The notes below the pieces were generated by a model. The model saw only the letters and a program-made list of their open reading frames with translations. It made no database searches and was not told the origin of the DNA. A stretch of DNA of 57,193 nt from Candidatus Hydrogenedentota bacterium (GTDB lineage: Bacteria > Hydrogenedentota > Hydrogenedentia > Hydrogenedentales > SLHB01). The stretch spans positions 1-57,193 of the forward strand of contig BTWA01000039.1 of assembly GCA_045863295.1 (NCBI GenBank). The letters are read 5' to 3'. Position 1 is the first letter of the stretch; each line of letters begins with the position of its first letter. Of the stretch, positions 37,231 through 48,047 are shown in pieces. A program made the translations under genes and the position numbers.

Positions 37231-37824
37231 TCAACAGTCCCTGCGTTGACGTCCTTTCGCCGCGCTAAGCGCTTCGAAACCGTGGAGCAGATTCTGGAGG
37301 CCCCACAGGCCGGCGACTGTGGCTAGCCCCACCATGACCACGTGAAACCAGCTCCGCTTCAAGTTGATGAAAAAGAGTGCCCACGGGTCGCCGTGATTGG
37401 GGTCGGTGGGCAGCGTACCCTCCAGGTACTCGCGGACATCCGGGAGCCCGTCACCGTCCAGATCGCTTTGCGGTCCCAAGGCATCCGCAAGCTTTGCGGG
37501 ATCCTGACGGATCTGGAGAAACTGCTGCTTGCCCAGTACTTGAATGATGTGATTTCCGAACTCATTGAGGATTGGGCTTTCCACCTCTTCACCCGGCGTG
37601 AAGGCCGCCCGGGCCTTGCCGAGGGCCTCCATCTGAAGTGGCGTCAGGCTCCCGATCTGTCCCGGCTTGAGGCCCTCCGGACCGTCGGCATGGGCGTGGC
37701 ACATGGCGCAGTTCACATTACGGCCCGACTGGGTTTCGATAAAGGTCTGGAATTCCGGATAGGCCCAAGCGGCGCTGCCAAGCGCCACGAAGGCCACTGC
37801 CGCAACGGCGATACGCAGCTTCAT
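37231..37824 (-). CDS. Membrane-anchored monoheme cytochrome c
   Basis: Signal peptide, CAMCH, Ca-binding-like DLDGDGLPD, C-terminal TM helix. Start overlaps the cytochrome b stop. Confidence 0.75.
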   Translation of the reverse strand: MKLRIAVAAVAFVALGSAAWAYPEFQTFIETQSGRNVNCAMCHAHADGPEGLKPGQIGSLTPLQMEALGKARAAFTPGEEVESPILNEFGNHIIQVLGKQQFLQIRQDPAKLADALGPQSDLDGDGLPDVREYLEGTLPTDPNHGDPWALFFINLKRSWFHVVMVGLATVAGLWGLQNLLHGFEALSAAKGRQRRDC

Positions 37825-38930
37825 TGGTGGGCTCCTTTAAAGAACTCGTAGATCTGCTGGCCGAATACCGTCATGGCTACCAGATAAAAGGTGACGGCCA
37901 GGGCGATGTTGCGAAGGGTCTTCCTGCTCGTGCCTCGAAAGATCCACGGGACCCCGAGCAGGACGGCCATCGCGATTCCGGAAAGGATCATGATCATCCA
38001 GAAAGGCAGCAGCTCCAGCGGATAGTAGACGAAGAAGAAATACCACTCCGGCTTTATCCCGTCGGGCGTGGAGCCTTGGGGGTCAAAGGGCTCGAAGAGT
38101 GGATAGGAGAAGAAGGCCTCGAAGGGGAGACAGAGGGCCACGACGAAGAGAACGAAGAAGACCAGGCCCCAGATGGAGAAATCCTTCAGGGCGAAAATCG
38201 GGAAGAACTTCTCTGTCTTGCCTGTGGGCTTGTCCACGCCCTTGCTCATGCCATGGATCTGCACCATGAAAAGATGCTGGCCCAGGACCGCAAAGACCGC
38301 CAGCGGCAGCACCACGACGTGTAGTGCATAGAAGCGGCTCAACGTGGCCTGGCCCACCGCCGCCTCGCCTTGGATCAACTCCTTGATCTGGCGCGGAATA
38401 TCGGCAAGCGTGCCGGGGAGATAGGCCCCGGCCTCTTCGACGGACTGAAGCCCCACCTTGGTGGCGTTGACCGCGATCTGGTGCCAGGGCAGGAGGTAGC
38501 CGGTAAATCCGAAGCCGAAGGTTATCAGCAGCAGGAGTACGCCCGAGACCCAGGTGATCTCTCGCGGCTTCTCGAAGGCTTTCATGGCAAAGGCCGTGAT
38601 CAGGTGGGTTAGCACGCAGAAGATCATCGCCGAGGACGACCAAGTGTGAAGGTTGCGGATAAGAGCGCCCCCGCCCACGTGAAAGGTGATTAATTCCACC
38701 GAGGCGTGTGCGTCAGCGACCGTAGGCTGGTAGTAAAATAGTAGCAACAACCCGGTAACAAGTTGGATGCTGAAACAAAAGAGGGCCAGGCCGCCGAAGT
38801 AATAACCCCAGCTCATCCGGTGGACGGGCACTTCCTTTTTCTGAAAAAGGGTTTCAAAACTGAGCTTTTCCAGCGGAAAACGCTCATGAAGCCAGTCCGT
38901 TGCCTGTTGGACCCGGTCTTGCGCGCGCAT
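37821..38930 (-). CDS. Cytochrome b of a Rieske/cytb complex (with subunit-IV region)
   Basis: Four heme His (NLHTW...THL; ALHVV...QHL), GFTGYLLPW, Qo-site PEWY. Confidence 0.92.
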   Translation of the reverse strand: MRAQDRVQQATDWLHERFPLEKLSFETLFQKKEVPVHRMSWGYYFGGLALFCFSIQLVTGLLLLFYYQPTVADAHASVELITFHVGGGALIRNLHTWSSSAMIFCVLTHLITAFAMKAFEKPREITWVSGVLLLLITFGFGFTGYLLPWHQIAVNATKVGLQSVEEAGAYLPGTLADIPRQIKELIQGEAAVGQATLSRFYALHVVVLPLAVFAVLGQHLFMVQIHGMSKGVDKPTGKTEKFFPIFALKDFSIWGLVFFVLFVVALCLPFEAFFSYPLFEPFDPQGSTPDGIKPEWYFFFVYYPLELLPFWMIMILSGIAMAVLLGVPWIFRGTSRKTLRNIALAVTFYLVAMTVFGQQIYEFFKGAHQ

Positions 38931-40249
38931 CAAGCCATCTCCTCAAACTGTTTGGCGATGTAAACGCCGTAGCCGCCTGCTTGCGCAAGATCGACCTCGC
39001 CGGTCATTTCGGCGCCCGCACCCTTGCTCGCCACCAAGTTGCCAGCGCCATCCATCAACACCCAGCCCAAGAGGGGCAGAGGCGCTTTCGCAGGCGCGCC
39101 CGGCGTGGGCATTCCCGTTTTCACGTCAAACCAGGACACGTGGCACGGGCAGAGAATCCGCCCGTTGTTGATCGTGCTCGCTACCGTGCAGCCGAGATGA
39201 GTGCACTTGGCGGAAATCAGCAGCGGGAGGCCGCGTTCGTCCTTGAAAGCGAGAGCCGGGCGCATGTGGTAGTCGGTGAAGTAGCGCCCGTCCTTGTCCG
39301 AGAGCTCAGCGAGGGATGCCACGAAGATGTAGTCTTTCTCGATGCGTTCGATTTCCAGTGCCCGTTCCGCAGCGGCCAGCTCCAGCCGTTCGAGCTTCTT
39401 CTGGAGCAGTTCAGCCTGCTGCCGCGAATCAAGGGCTGGGCCGCGGAAAAACCGGCCCAGCTTGTCGAGGACACCCGCACTGAGCAGGAATAGTGCAGCG
39501 CCGGTCCCCAGGGCACCCCGGAGGAAGTACCGGCGGCTGTCCGCGTGGCGATGCTGCGGCGCACCACAAGCGGAGGGCTCAGGACGCGGCGTGGTCCAGA
39601 CCACCTTCTGCGGTGGCCGCCAAAAATAGGCAATGGGCACCGAGAAGATGTGGACTAACCGCGTGAACGGAACCACCAGAAAAAGACACCAGGCGAGCAC
39701 AAGGTGCAACTTCACCGCGGGCGGCAGGCCGGTGATGTATTCGGGCTTGGGTTGAAAGGTGGCCAAGCTCCAGAGGTAGGGCGTGGTGGTGCTGGCCGAC
39801 CAGGCGGCCCCCCAGCGCGCACTTGTCGCCACGGAGATGCCCACAAGCACTTGTGCGATGAGCAAGAGTAGCAGCAGGTAGTCCGCCGTGGTGGTTACCG
39901 CCGAGATTTTACCCGAGGTGGTGCGCCGGTAGAGGAGTACACAGAGCCCGGTCAGGGCAAGGAAGGCGGCGACGATTCCGATGACTTCAACTGTAATCAA
40001 AAAGATCGGGATGGCGGTCAGAGCCCGCCAAAGGCCCGGCACAAGCACTGGAACCACATGTCCCAACAGGAGAATGAGGATACCGACGTGCCACCCCATG
40101 CTTCCCCAGCGCAATTGGTTGCTCTCGAGAAACTGGGAACTGAGCGCCGAATAAGTGAAGCGCTGCAACCTGTAGCGGTAGATCGACAACACAATCATCA
40201 GCGCGAATGCGATGTAGGGGAATCCGACAAACAGAAAAAGATCAAGCAT
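38930..40249 (-). CDS. narI: NarI (nitrate reductase gamma) fused to a Rieske 2Fe-2S domain
   Basis: SSQFLE, WHVGILILLLGH, LH...PFTRLVH; then SRRYFLRG + TM; then CTHLGC and CPCH, all in one frame. Confidence 0.9.
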   Translation of the reverse strand: MLDLFLFVGFPYIAFALMIVLSIYRYRLQRFTYSALSSQFLESNQLRWGSMGWHVGILILLLGHVVPVLVPGLWRALTAIPIFLITVEVIGIVAAFLALTGLCVLLYRRTTSGKISAVTTTADYLLLLLLIAQVLVGISVATSARWGAAWSASTTTPYLWSLATFQPKPEYITGLPPAVKLHLVLAWCLFLVVPFTRLVHIFSVPIAYFWRPPQKVVWTTPRPEPSACGAPQHRHADSRRYFLRGALGTGAALFLLSAGVLDKLGRFFRGPALDSRQQAELLQKKLERLELAAAERALEIERIEKDYIFVASLAELSDKDGRYFTDYHMRPALAFKDERGLPLLISAKCTHLGCTVASTINNGRILCPCHVSWFDVKTGMPTPGAPAKAPLPLLGWVLMDGAGNLVASKGAGAEMTGEVDLAQAGGYGVYIAKQFEEMA

Positions 40250-40787
40250 GGATCAATGCTCCGGCAGTCACGTGCTTCACAAAGTGTTGAAGAGAAGCGA
40301 GGACATGGTGATAAGGGGTTTCCCCCTCCCGCAGGGATTGGCACATGAGTCTCAAAGGCAATGGCAGACAAAACCGCTGGACTTCATCCCAGGTATCTTC
40401 GGATGCCACTGCAGCGTAACCCAGCACCACGGCGAGGTGGTCCGGCAGTTCTCCTCCGCTGTCGTAGCCTGATTCGGCATAGGCCCCGCTGAATCCGGCC
40501 ATGAACTGGCCCCGCTGGGGATTCTCCGCGCCAAAGAGATAAACGCTCAGGTACGGTACGGCGAGCGGACTCAAATCGAAAGCGCGGGTGTAGAGTTCGC
40601 GGGCTTTCGCCAAAGTTGCGGCCTCCAGAAATTGGACGAAGCGCCAAAGTTCTTCCGCCGCCGGCGGGGAAAGGCTTGCGAGACGCTTTTCCAGTGCCGG
40701 AGCTATTTTATAGATATCCTGTTCTGGATAAGTGAGCAAAGTGGCAAAACACCCATATATCGTACGATATTCGACGGATTCTTTCAT
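40242..40787 (-). CDS. narJ: Nitrate reductase chaperone NarJ
   Basis: LLTYP, YTRAFDL, ELPDHL; located between narH and narI. Confidence 0.9.
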   Translation of the reverse strand: MKESVEYRTIYGCFATLLTYPEQDIYKIAPALEKRLASLSPPAAEELWRFVQFLEAATLAKARELYTRAFDLSPLAVPYLSVYLFGAENPQRGQFMAGFSGAYAESGYDSGGELPDHLAVVLGYAAVASEDTWDEVQRFCLPLPLRLMCQSLREGETPYHHVLASLQHFVKHVTAGALIHA

Positions 40788-42280
40788 AGCCCTCGCTCCG
40801 GAGTGGATACGGCGCCGAGCCCGCAGGATCCTTTGCACATCTCGGGCGAGCAGCCGCTCCCCGCGATATTCACTTCGCGCTGGATGGGCGGCATCACGTA
40901 GCGCTCGTTCATGGGGGCGAGGGTAGTCATCTTATAGATCGCCTCGGCGTCTTCCCCCGAAAGCGCCGCCTCGCGCAGCACGGCATGGACCCTGGCCGCA
41001 TCCACATCGTCCACATCCTGGGCGCGCTTGAAGTAGCGAACCGCCATCTGCCGTTTCATCACGTCGCGCACGATCTTCTCGTTGCCGGCACTGAAGAGGG
41101 AGGCTAGGTAGCGGATAGGCAGGCGCGCACTGTCGAGATTGGAGAAGAACTCGGTGACATTCTGCTCGTAAATTCCGTCACCCGCACGGCCGCTGACCGG
41201 CAGGAGCGGGGGCACGTAATAGAGCATGGGCAGGGTGCGGAACTCGGGATGGAGCGGCAGGGCCAGCTTCCACTTCATCACATAATTCCACACGGGGGAG
41301 TGTTGGGCGGATTCGACAAACTGGGCGCTGATGCCGTTGGCTTCGGCACCGGTAATCACCACCGGATCAAAAGGATCGAGCAGGACGCTGCGGTGAGACT
41401 CCACCAGCGCGTCTTCCGGCGCCTTCATGGCCTCCTCCACGCGATCCGCGTCGTAGAGCAACACGCCCATGTAGCGAATTCGGCCCACGCAGGAGTGAAA
41501 GCACGCAGGAGGCTGGCCGGTCTCGATCCGGGGGTAGCAGAGGATGCATTTTTCGGCCTTGCCCGTTTTCCAGTTGTAGTAGACCTTCTTGTAGGGGCAG
41601 GCGGCTACGCAGGCACGCCAGCCCCGGCAGGTGTCCTGATTGACGAGCACAATGCCATCTTCGCCGCGCTTGTAGAGCGCACCGCTGGGGCAGGCTGCCA
41701 CGCAGCTCGGATTCGCGCAGTGGTTGCAGATGCGGGGCAGATACATCATTGTGATCTGCTCTACATCGAAGAGAACGCGCCGCTCGTCTTCCGTCAGGGC
41801 GTCAAGATTGGGGTCGTTGGCCGCGTAAACGGGAGAGCCGCCCAGATCATCGTCCCAGTTCGGCCCCGCCTCGATGTCCATGTCTTCACCAGTGATCTGG
41901 GAGATGGGGCGGGCCGTGGGCTGATCGTCGCCCTCGGGGGCGTTGGTGAGATCGCCGTAGCGATAGGTCCAGGGCTCGTAGTATTCATCCAGCCCCGGCT
42001 GGTTTGGATTGTAGAAGAGTTTGTGGAAGTAATTGCCTTTTTTTTGGCTCTTCAGCTGGAGCTCGCGCTGGGCGTTCAGTTCCCAGCCGCCTTTGTAATT
42101 GAGCTGGTCCTCCCAGCGCGTCGGATAACCCGTGCCCGGCTTGGTCTCCACATTGTTCCACCACATGTATTCCGCTCCCGGACGGTCGGTCCAGATGTTT
42201 TTACAGGCTACGCTGCACGTGTGGCAGCCAATGCATTTGTCGAGGTGGAACACCATGGAAACGTGTGCGCGTACATTCAT
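40784..42280 (-). CDS. narH: Respiratory nitrate reductase beta subunit
   Basis: LDKCIGCHTCSVACK, ICNHCANPSCVAACP, CRGWRACVAACP, CILC...CFHSC. Confidence 0.96.
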   Translation of the reverse strand: MNVRAHVSMVFHLDKCIGCHTCSVACKNIWTDRPGAEYMWWNNVETKPGTGYPTRWEDQLNYKGGWELNAQRELQLKSQKKGNYFHKLFYNPNQPGLDEYYEPWTYRYGDLTNAPEGDDQPTARPISQITGEDMDIEAGPNWDDDLGGSPVYAANDPNLDALTEDERRVLFDVEQITMMYLPRICNHCANPSCVAACPSGALYKRGEDGIVLVNQDTCRGWRACVAACPYKKVYYNWKTGKAEKCILCYPRIETGQPPACFHSCVGRIRYMGVLLYDADRVEEAMKAPEDALVESHRSVLLDPFDPVVITGAEANGISAQFVESAQHSPVWNYVMKWKLALPLHPEFRTLPMLYYVPPLLPVSGRAGDGIYEQNVTEFFSNLDSARLPIRYLASLFSAGNEKIVRDVMKRQMAVRYFKRAQDVDDVDAARVHAVLREAALSGEDAEAIYKMTTLAPMNERYVMPPIQREVNIAGSGCSPEMCKGSCGLGAVSTPERGL

Positions 42281-42291
42281 TGTCGTGACTC

Positions 42292-45200
42292 CTACCAAAC
42301 CGGTTTGTCGAGTTTGCGCACCACCACAAAGGTGTCGCGGTTCACGCCCTGGGGTCCCCAGTAATTAAAGCCATACGAGAACTGGGCGTAGCCGCCGATC
42401 ATGAAGAGGGGTTTGAGGCGCGCGCGTGTCAGGCTGTTGTGCCCGCCCGCGCGTCGTTTGCCCCGATGTTGGCTTTTGGGATTGCCCACCGTCCGCTCGG
42501 TGGCGTGGTAGATGAAGCAGATGCCCCGGGGAATGCGCGCACTGACGCAGGCCCGGGTGACCACGGTGCCGTGGTCGTTCAGCACCTCTACCCAGTCGTT
42601 GTCGTGGATACCCAGCATGGCGGCGTCGTGTTCGTTCATCCAAAAGGGCTCGATGCCGCGCGAGAGTGTCTCCATACGCAAGGTGTCGCCGAAAGTCGAG
42701 TGGATATGCCACTTGCCGTGGGGGGTGAGGTAATTGAGGACGAGTGAGCCCGGCTCGGTGCCCGTCACGTCGAGATCGCGTGTGGTTCGCAGGTCGGCCC
42801 GGGGCTTGAATGTGGGCAGGTGCTCGCCATAGGCCACATAGGCCTCATGATCGAAATAGGTGTGCTGGCGCCCCGTCAGCGTGCGCCAAGGAATACGCTC
42901 TTCCAGATTCTGGCAGTAGGCGGAGTAGGTCCGGGTGCCGTTGGTGATACCGGTCCAATAGGGTGTGGTCAGCACGCGGCGCGGCTGAGTGCAAAGATCG
43001 GCGAAGGTATAACGCACATTGCGGTTGCCCGCCGCCAGGTGCGTGTGGTCGATGCCGGTCTTGTGGGACTCGGTCTCGTAGGCCCGATGCGCCAGTTCGC
43101 CATTGGTCTCGGCCGCGAAGTGAAGAATGGCCTCGCACACGTCACGGTCTATCCGCAGCGATGGGTATTGTTCGCCCTCCCAGGCTTCCACCGGATGGGT
43201 GAGGAGATACTGGTCGTAAAGATCATCAACCTTGTAGGTGCAGCCGTGAACGCCGATGCCGTTGTTGCGCAGGTTGCGGCCGAGAGAGATGAATTTTTGA
43301 TAGACCTGGGTGTAGTTCCGCTCGACGACGCTCATGTTCGGCATGGTCTTGCCAGGAATGGCCTCGCACTCGCCCTTGGCCCAATCGCGGATACGCGGCT
43401 GAGCGATTTCGCCTGGGGTATCGTGCAGGAGGGGTGAGCAGACAAAGTCCTGAACCGGATCCGGAAGATAGCGCTCGGCCATCTTGCTGGTGGCTTTGGC
43501 GATCTCCTGGAAGATTTTCCAGTCGGTCTTGGCTTCCCAACAGGGTGGCACGGCGGCCTGAAGCGGGTGTATGAAGGAGTGCATGTCGGTCGAACTGAGA
43601 TCGTCTTTCTCGTACCAGCTTGCCGTGGGCAGGACGATGTCGGAGTAGAGCGCAGAGGTGTCCATGCGGAAATTGATATCGACAATAAGGTCCATCTTTC
43701 CCAGCTCGACCTTGTCGTGCCACGTGACTTCCTTCACATCCTCTTGCGCTTGTTCCTCGGCGATACTGTTGTGGTGCGTGCCCAAGTAGTGCTTGAGGAA
43801 GTATTCGTGGCCCTTGGCGGAGGCCTGAATCGCGTTGCCCCGCCAGATGTACCACACGCGGGGGAAGCACGCGGGATTGTCAACGTCTTCCATGGCAAAT
43901 TTGAGGCTACGGTCCTTCAGGCGCGAGACCACATGGTCCACGGGGTTTACACCGCGCGCCGCGGCCTCTTTCACCAGTTCGAAATTGTGCTCCGTAAACT
44001 GGGGGTAACAGGGCAGCCAGCCGCAGCGCACGGCGAGGGCCTGCTTGTCCGCCGTGTGGCCCTCGGCGATGGGATTGGCTTTGTCGGCCACGGGGCAGAA
44101 CTCGCCGAACTTCCGGTCGTAGCGCCACTGGTCGCTGTGCATGTAGTGGAAGGAAGGCGCGTTTTGCAGGCGGGGTGGCCCGTTCCAGTCGGTGGCAAAG
44201 GCGATGGGGGCCCAGCTCGCCTGAGGCGCAAGCTTTTCCTGCCCCACATAGTGGTTCAGCCCGCCCCCGCTCCGGCCGACGCAGCCGCAGAAGAGCAGGG
44301 CGTTAATGCAGGCGCGGTAGATGAGGTTGTTGTGGTACCAGTGGTTCACGCCGGCGCCGATGATGATGCTGCACTTGCCGCCGGTCTTTTCGGCGGTGAT
44401 GGCCCACTGGCGCGCAAAATCGATTACCGTTTCCGCCTTGATGCCGGTGTACTGTTCCTGCCACGCGGGCGTGAAGGGGTGGGTGTCGTCGTCGTAACCG
44501 GTGGGCCACTGGCCCTCGAAACCACGGTTCACGCCATGCTGAGCGAGCTGGAGGTCGTAGACGGTGGCGACAAGCACAGGGCCATCCGCCGTCTGGATTT
44601 CGCGCACGGGCACATGACGCAGACGCCCCTGGCCCTGGATGCCTTCGGAGAAATCATCAAAATACGCGCTGACCGTCTTGTCTGCGCAATCTCTCAGGGA
44701 AAGCAGGGCGTCGATGGGCGCGCCGTCCCGGCTGTCTTCCTGCTTGATGTTCCACTGGCCTTTTTCCGTCTGCCAACGGTGACCGATCTGGCCCGCTGGG
44801 ATACGCAAGCGGCCTTCCGTGTCCAGCACGAAGCTTTTCCACTCGGCATGCTCTTCGCCCTGGGTCTCTGCGATTTGAGAAGTGCGCAGCAGTGAGCCGG
44901 GCCGGTAGTGGCCCTTCGTGTCGGGCTCCAGCACGACAAGGAATGCCGCATCGGAGTTCTCCCGCATGTACTGCTGAAAGAAGGGCACGGCGCGGTCCGC
45001 ATGGAACTCTCGGAGGATCACGTGGTTTACCGCCATCCAGAAGGCGGTGTCGCTACCCTGGTTGATGGGGATCCATTCGTCCGCAATCTTGGAGGTCTGA
45101 CTGAAGTCCGGCGAAAAGACAACGACCTTGGCTCCCCGGTGGCGCGCTTCCACCAGGAAGTGCGCATCGGGCGTGCGGGTCATGAGCACGTTGGAGCCGA

Positions 45201-45909
45201 CGGTGGCGATAAACTTCGAGTGGAACCAGTCGGCGCTTTCCGCCACGTCGGTCTGCTCGCCCCAGACCTCGGGGGAAGCGGGCGGCAGATCGCAGTACCA
45301 GTCGTAGAAGCTGAGGGCGATGCCACCCATGAGCTGGAGAAAGCGCGCGCCTGCCGCATAGCTGATCATGCTCATGGCGGGAATAGGCGAGAAGCCGACG
45401 AGGCGATCAGGGCCGTATTTCTGGACGGTGTAGATGTTGGAGGCGGCGATGAGCTCCTGGGCTTCGCGCCAGGAAACGCGCTGGAAGCCGCCCTTGCCTC
45501 GGGCCTGCTGGTAGCGCTTGCGGCGCTCGGGATTGGCCGTGATCGATTCCCACGCCGCGACCGGATCGTTCCCGTGCTCCGCTTTGGCCTCGCGCCAGAG
45601 ATCGAGGAGCGCCCCGCGCATATACGGATACTTGATCCGCAGGGGCGAGTAGATGTACCACGAGGTGGAAATGCCGCGCTGGCAACCCCGGGGCTCGTGG
45701 TTCGGAATCGCCTTGTCGATGGTGGGATAGTCGAGGGCCTGCATTTCCCAGGTCACGATGCCCTGCTTCACATAGACGTTCCAACTGCACGATCCAGTGC
45801 AGTTGACCCCGTGGGTCGTACGCACCACCTTATCGTGGGCCCAGCGGTTCCGGTAAAACTCCTCCCAGTCCCGCTGTTCCGGCGCAAATAAGTCCAGAAT
45901 CCAACCCAT
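42292..45909 (-). CDS. narG: Respiratory nitrate reductase alpha subunit (cytoplasmic type)
   Basis: Start MGWILDLF at 45909; [36 protein letters not shown]; no Tat signal. Confidence 0.96.
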   Translation of the reverse strand: MGWILDLFAPEQRDWEEFYRNRWAHDKVVRTTHGVNCTGSCSWNVYVKQGIVTWEMQALDYPTIDKAIPNHEPRGCQRGISTSWYIYSPLRIKYPYMRGALLDLWREAKAEHGNDPVAAWESITANPERRKRYQQARGKGGFQRVSWREAQELIAASNIYTVQKYGPDRLVGFSPIPAMSMISYAAGARFLQLMGGIALSFYDWYCDLPPASPEVWGEQTDVAESADWFHSKFIATVGSNVLMTRTPDAHFLVEARHRGAKVVVFSPDFSQTSKIADEWIPINQGSDTAFWMAVNHVILREFHADRAVPFFQQYMRENSDAAFLVVLEPDTKGHYRPGSLLRTSQIAETQGEEHAEWKSFVLDTEGRLRIPAGQIGHRWQTEKGQWNIKQEDSRDGAPIDALLSLRDCADKTVSAYFDDFSEGIQGQGRLRHVPVREIQTADGPVLVATVYDLQLAQHGVNRGFEGQWPTGYDDDTHPFTPAWQEQYTGIKAETVIDFARQWAITAEKTGGKCSIIIGAGVNHWYHNNLIYRACINALLFCGCVGRSGGGLNHYVGQEKLAPQASWAPIAFATDWNGPPRLQNAPSFHYMHSDQWRYDRKFGEFCPVADKANPIAEGHTADKQALAVRCGWLPCYPQFTEHNFELVKEAAARGVNPVDHVVSRLKDRSLKFAMEDVDNPACFPRVWYIWRGNAIQASAKGHEYFLKHYLGTHHNSIAEEQAQEDVKEVTWHDKVELGKMDLIVDINFRMDTSALYSDIVLPTASWYEKDDLSSTDMHSFIHPLQAAVPPCWEAKTDWKIFQEIAKATSKMAERYLPDPVQDFVCSPLLHDTPGEIAQPRIRDWAKGECEAIPGKTMPNMSVVERNYTQVYQKFISLGRNLRNNGIGVHGCTYKVDDLYDQYLLTHPVEAWEGEQYPSLRIDRDVCEAILHFAAETNGELAHRAYETESHKTGIDHTHLAAGNRNVRYTFADLCTQPRRVLTTPYWTGITNGTRTYSAYCQNLEERIPWRTLTGRQHTYFDHEAYVAYGEHLPTFKPRADLRTTRDLDVTGTEPGSLVLNYLTPHGKWHIHSTFGDTLRMETLSRGIEPFWMNEHDAAMLGIHDNDWVEVLNDHGTVVTRACVSARIPRGICFIYHATERTVGNPKSQHRGKRRAGGHNSLTRARLKPLFMIGGYAQFSYGFNYWGPQGVNRDTFVVVRKLDKPVW

Positions 45910-46805
45910 CAGTTCTTCCTCCTGCGATTTGCGCCCAAGTCGCTGCGGCGGCAGGCGTCCGCCACCATGCGCGCCCGCGTTCCCCCGACCCGTTTCGCCG
46001 TGGATTTGCCCAGGAACACCAGCGCCAGGGCCGTGCCGCCGATGCCAGCCAGATGCATCGGATGACTGGCTGGGGCCGCGGGGTTCTTGGAGACTTCTTC
46101 GAGGTACTTCACAATGTGGAGTGCCTCCTGCTTGTTCACCGGATGGGGGGTATAGATTGCCCGCATGACGGGAAAGCCGGGCGATTCGGTGGTCGCCTGC
46201 AGTGGCTGCGCACCGAGACGGGTAAAGGAGTCCTCCAGCGATGCCGCTAGGTTGCCGCCGCGACCTTCCGCCTGGTGGCATGCGGCGCAAGCGGCCCCCC
46301 CATTGGCAAAAGCCTTGCGCCCGGTAAAGAGGGCACGGCCCATTTCAGCATTTGGGGGCGCCATGGAGGCGGCTTCCCGCAACTGCACCTGCTGGCGGTG
46401 CGCATCGAGGCGGGCCGCCGCGTCCGGTGCGAGCAGGAAGTCGGCCAGCATCGCCAAATCGCCTTCGCTGATGGGCCCTACGTTCTTCTCCATCCGCTTA
46501 ATGCCGTCTAGGACCGTCTGCCGCGGATAAGTGGCTGCGTTCTTGAGGTCTGGACCGGTCAATACGCCACCGCCGATGGTGTGGCACCCCATACACTTCA
46601 TCGCATAGGCTGCCGCTGCAGTATCCGCTTGGGGCGCTGCCTCGGCCGGGGCCGCTGCGGCAAGCGTGGGCGCGCTTTCCGCAAGGGCATCGGGTATCGC
46701 CTGGGTCGATACCCACGGGGCCAATAACCCTGTCCCAAGGAAACAGGCCGTCACAAACTGCCCGCGCCCCCACGCGAAGGTTGTCTTACCCAATAAAAAG
46801 CTCAT
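45909..46805 (-). CDS. Diheme cytochrome c, NarC-like
   Basis: CMGCH and CAACH, N-terminal hydrophobic leader, C-terminal anchor; stop overlaps the narG start. Confidence 0.85.
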   Translation of the reverse strand: MSFLLGKTTFAWGRGQFVTACFLGTGLLAPWVSTQAIPDALAESAPTLAAAAPAEAAPQADTAAAAYAMKCMGCHTIGGGVLTGPDLKNAATYPRQTVLDGIKRMEKNVGPISEGDLAMLADFLLAPDAAARLDAHRQQVQLREAASMAPPNAEMGRALFTGRKAFANGGAACAACHQAEGRGGNLAASLEDSFTRLGAQPLQATTESPGFPVMRAIYTPHPVNKQEALHIVKYLEEVSKNPAAPASHPMHLAGIGGTALALVFLGKSTAKRVGGTRARMVADACRRSDLGANRRRKN

Positions 46806-46857
46806 ACTTTCTGCTCCCGTCGAGTGCATCCACTCCGGAATTTTGGGGTAATTAATT

Positions 46858-46899
46858 GTGGATAGATTTATCCACTATATTCCGGAGTAAATTATCCAC
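46858..46899. promoter_or_regulatory. Tandem 18-bp boxes upstream of the nar operon (putative Rrf2 operators)
   Basis: GTGGATA-gatt-TATCCAC (46858-46875) and CCGGAGT-aaat-TATCCAC (46882-46899). Confidence 0.7.
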
Positions 46900-46999
46900 T
46901 ATTGCGTGTTGGCAAGTCAAGAGGATTCTCTCGGTTCCTAAAAGCGCAGTTTGACAGAAACTAGAGCGCCCGGGAGAGGCGGGGATCTAACCGAATTTG

Positions 47000-47455
47000 C
47001 TATTGGGACTCGAGTGTCTTGTGTTCTTGGAGCATCTTACGCTCTAAGGTCAGGGCGGCCAGCTTATCGAGGGTGGTATGGGACAGATTCTCGAGGAGGT
47101 TTATCTTCGAGATTACCCATATATCATGAAGGGGACAGGGGTTGGCCTTGCCGCACTCGGCGAAACCAAGCACGCAATGGTCATATGTATCCTCCCCCTC
47201 AACGGCCTGAATTACTTCTAGCAGGGTGATCTCGCCGGGATCTCGGGTGAGCGAGTACCCCCCGCCCGGTCCCCGATGAGCTTCGAGAAATCCCCCCTGT
47301 ACGAGGGCTTGGAATATCTTGCGTGTAAAATACTCTGGAATTTCCGCCTTTTCGCAGATCTCACGGGCCTGAAAGCGGTCTCTCGATTTGTCTGAAACCA
47401 CGAAGGTAAGCGCGCGTAGCGCATATTGGCAGCCTTTGGAATAGAGCTTGAACAT
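47000..47455 (-). CDS. Rrf2-family Fe-S regulator
   Basis: MFKLYSKGCQYALRAL, GPGGGYSL, CVLGFAECGKANPCPLH. Start placed at 47455 because 47459-47476 matches the operator box. Confidence 0.92.
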   Translation of the reverse strand: MFKLYSKGCQYALRALTFVVSDKSRDRFQAREICEKAEIPEYFTRKIFQALVQGGFLEAHRGPGGGYSLTRDPGEITLLEVIQAVEGEDTYDHCVLGFAECGKANPCPLHDIWVISKINLLENLSHTTLDKLAALTLERKMLQEHKTLESQ

Positions 47456-47458
47456 ATT

Positions 47459-47476
47459 ATGGATATTTTCCTCCAC
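47459..47476. promoter_or_regulatory. Putative Rrf2 autoregulatory box
   Basis: ATGGATA-tttt-CCTCCAC. Confidence 0.55.
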
Positions 47477-47570
47477 TTAAGTATCGGGCACGGCGAAACG
47501 TTTGTCAAGACCCCGCCTTGGATAGCGCCAAAGACTTACGCACCGCTCGCGCTACGCTGGGGTTGTATTT

Positions 47571-47588
47571 GTGGATAAAATAGTCCAC
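47571..47588. promoter_or_regulatory. Putative Rrf2 box upstream of the ric relic and nxr operon
   Basis: GTGGATA-aaat-AGTCCAC. Confidence 0.65.
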
Positions 47589-47616
47589 AATATAGGCGCT
47601 ACCAAGGAGAGAATCC

Positions 47617-47945
47617 ATGGGCACAAATCTACCGACTCGCCATACGATGGCCGAACGGGCACTGGAGCGGCCGCCCCGATCACGCTACTTTGGACGTTCG
47701 GGAATCGATTTCAACTGTGGCGGCAAGAAGGCTCTGAAAGCGGCCCGTGACCGGAGGGCATTACCCTCTTCCCGAGCGTATGGACGGCTGGCGGCCCTAA
47801 GTATCGAGGCGGCACAGAATCAGGAGCTGGATGTTAGCACCGAGACCCTCGCGAACAGGATTGACCGCATTCTCGATGCGCACGACCAGTACCTGCCGCA
47901 GGACCTTCTCCGTTGGGGTGCAATGCTACGGAAAGTTAAGTATTT
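47617..47945 (+). pseudogene. Degenerate, truncated ric/scdA copy
   Basis: AAGGAGA RBS; GIDFNCGGKKAL and IDRILDAHDQYLPQDLLR parallel GMDYCCGGKKTL and ADHVEHTHHAYLRSELPR of the intact Ric. The C-terminal di-iron motifs are missing. Confidence 0.7.
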
Positions 47946-48047
47946 CCTTTCTGGATTCCCGGGCCCTCCGCACATAGGTTGTCCCGCTCTCGCCTCACTG
48001 GCGAGTCCACAATGCTTTGGCCGCTTGAAGTTGAGGGGTCTCCTTTC

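Noticed and set aside
45910..46290. 127-aa N-terminal extension of NarG (possible Tat leader)
   Set aside because: Overlaps the cytochrome c gene out of frame; no Tat consensus; the conserved start is at 45909.
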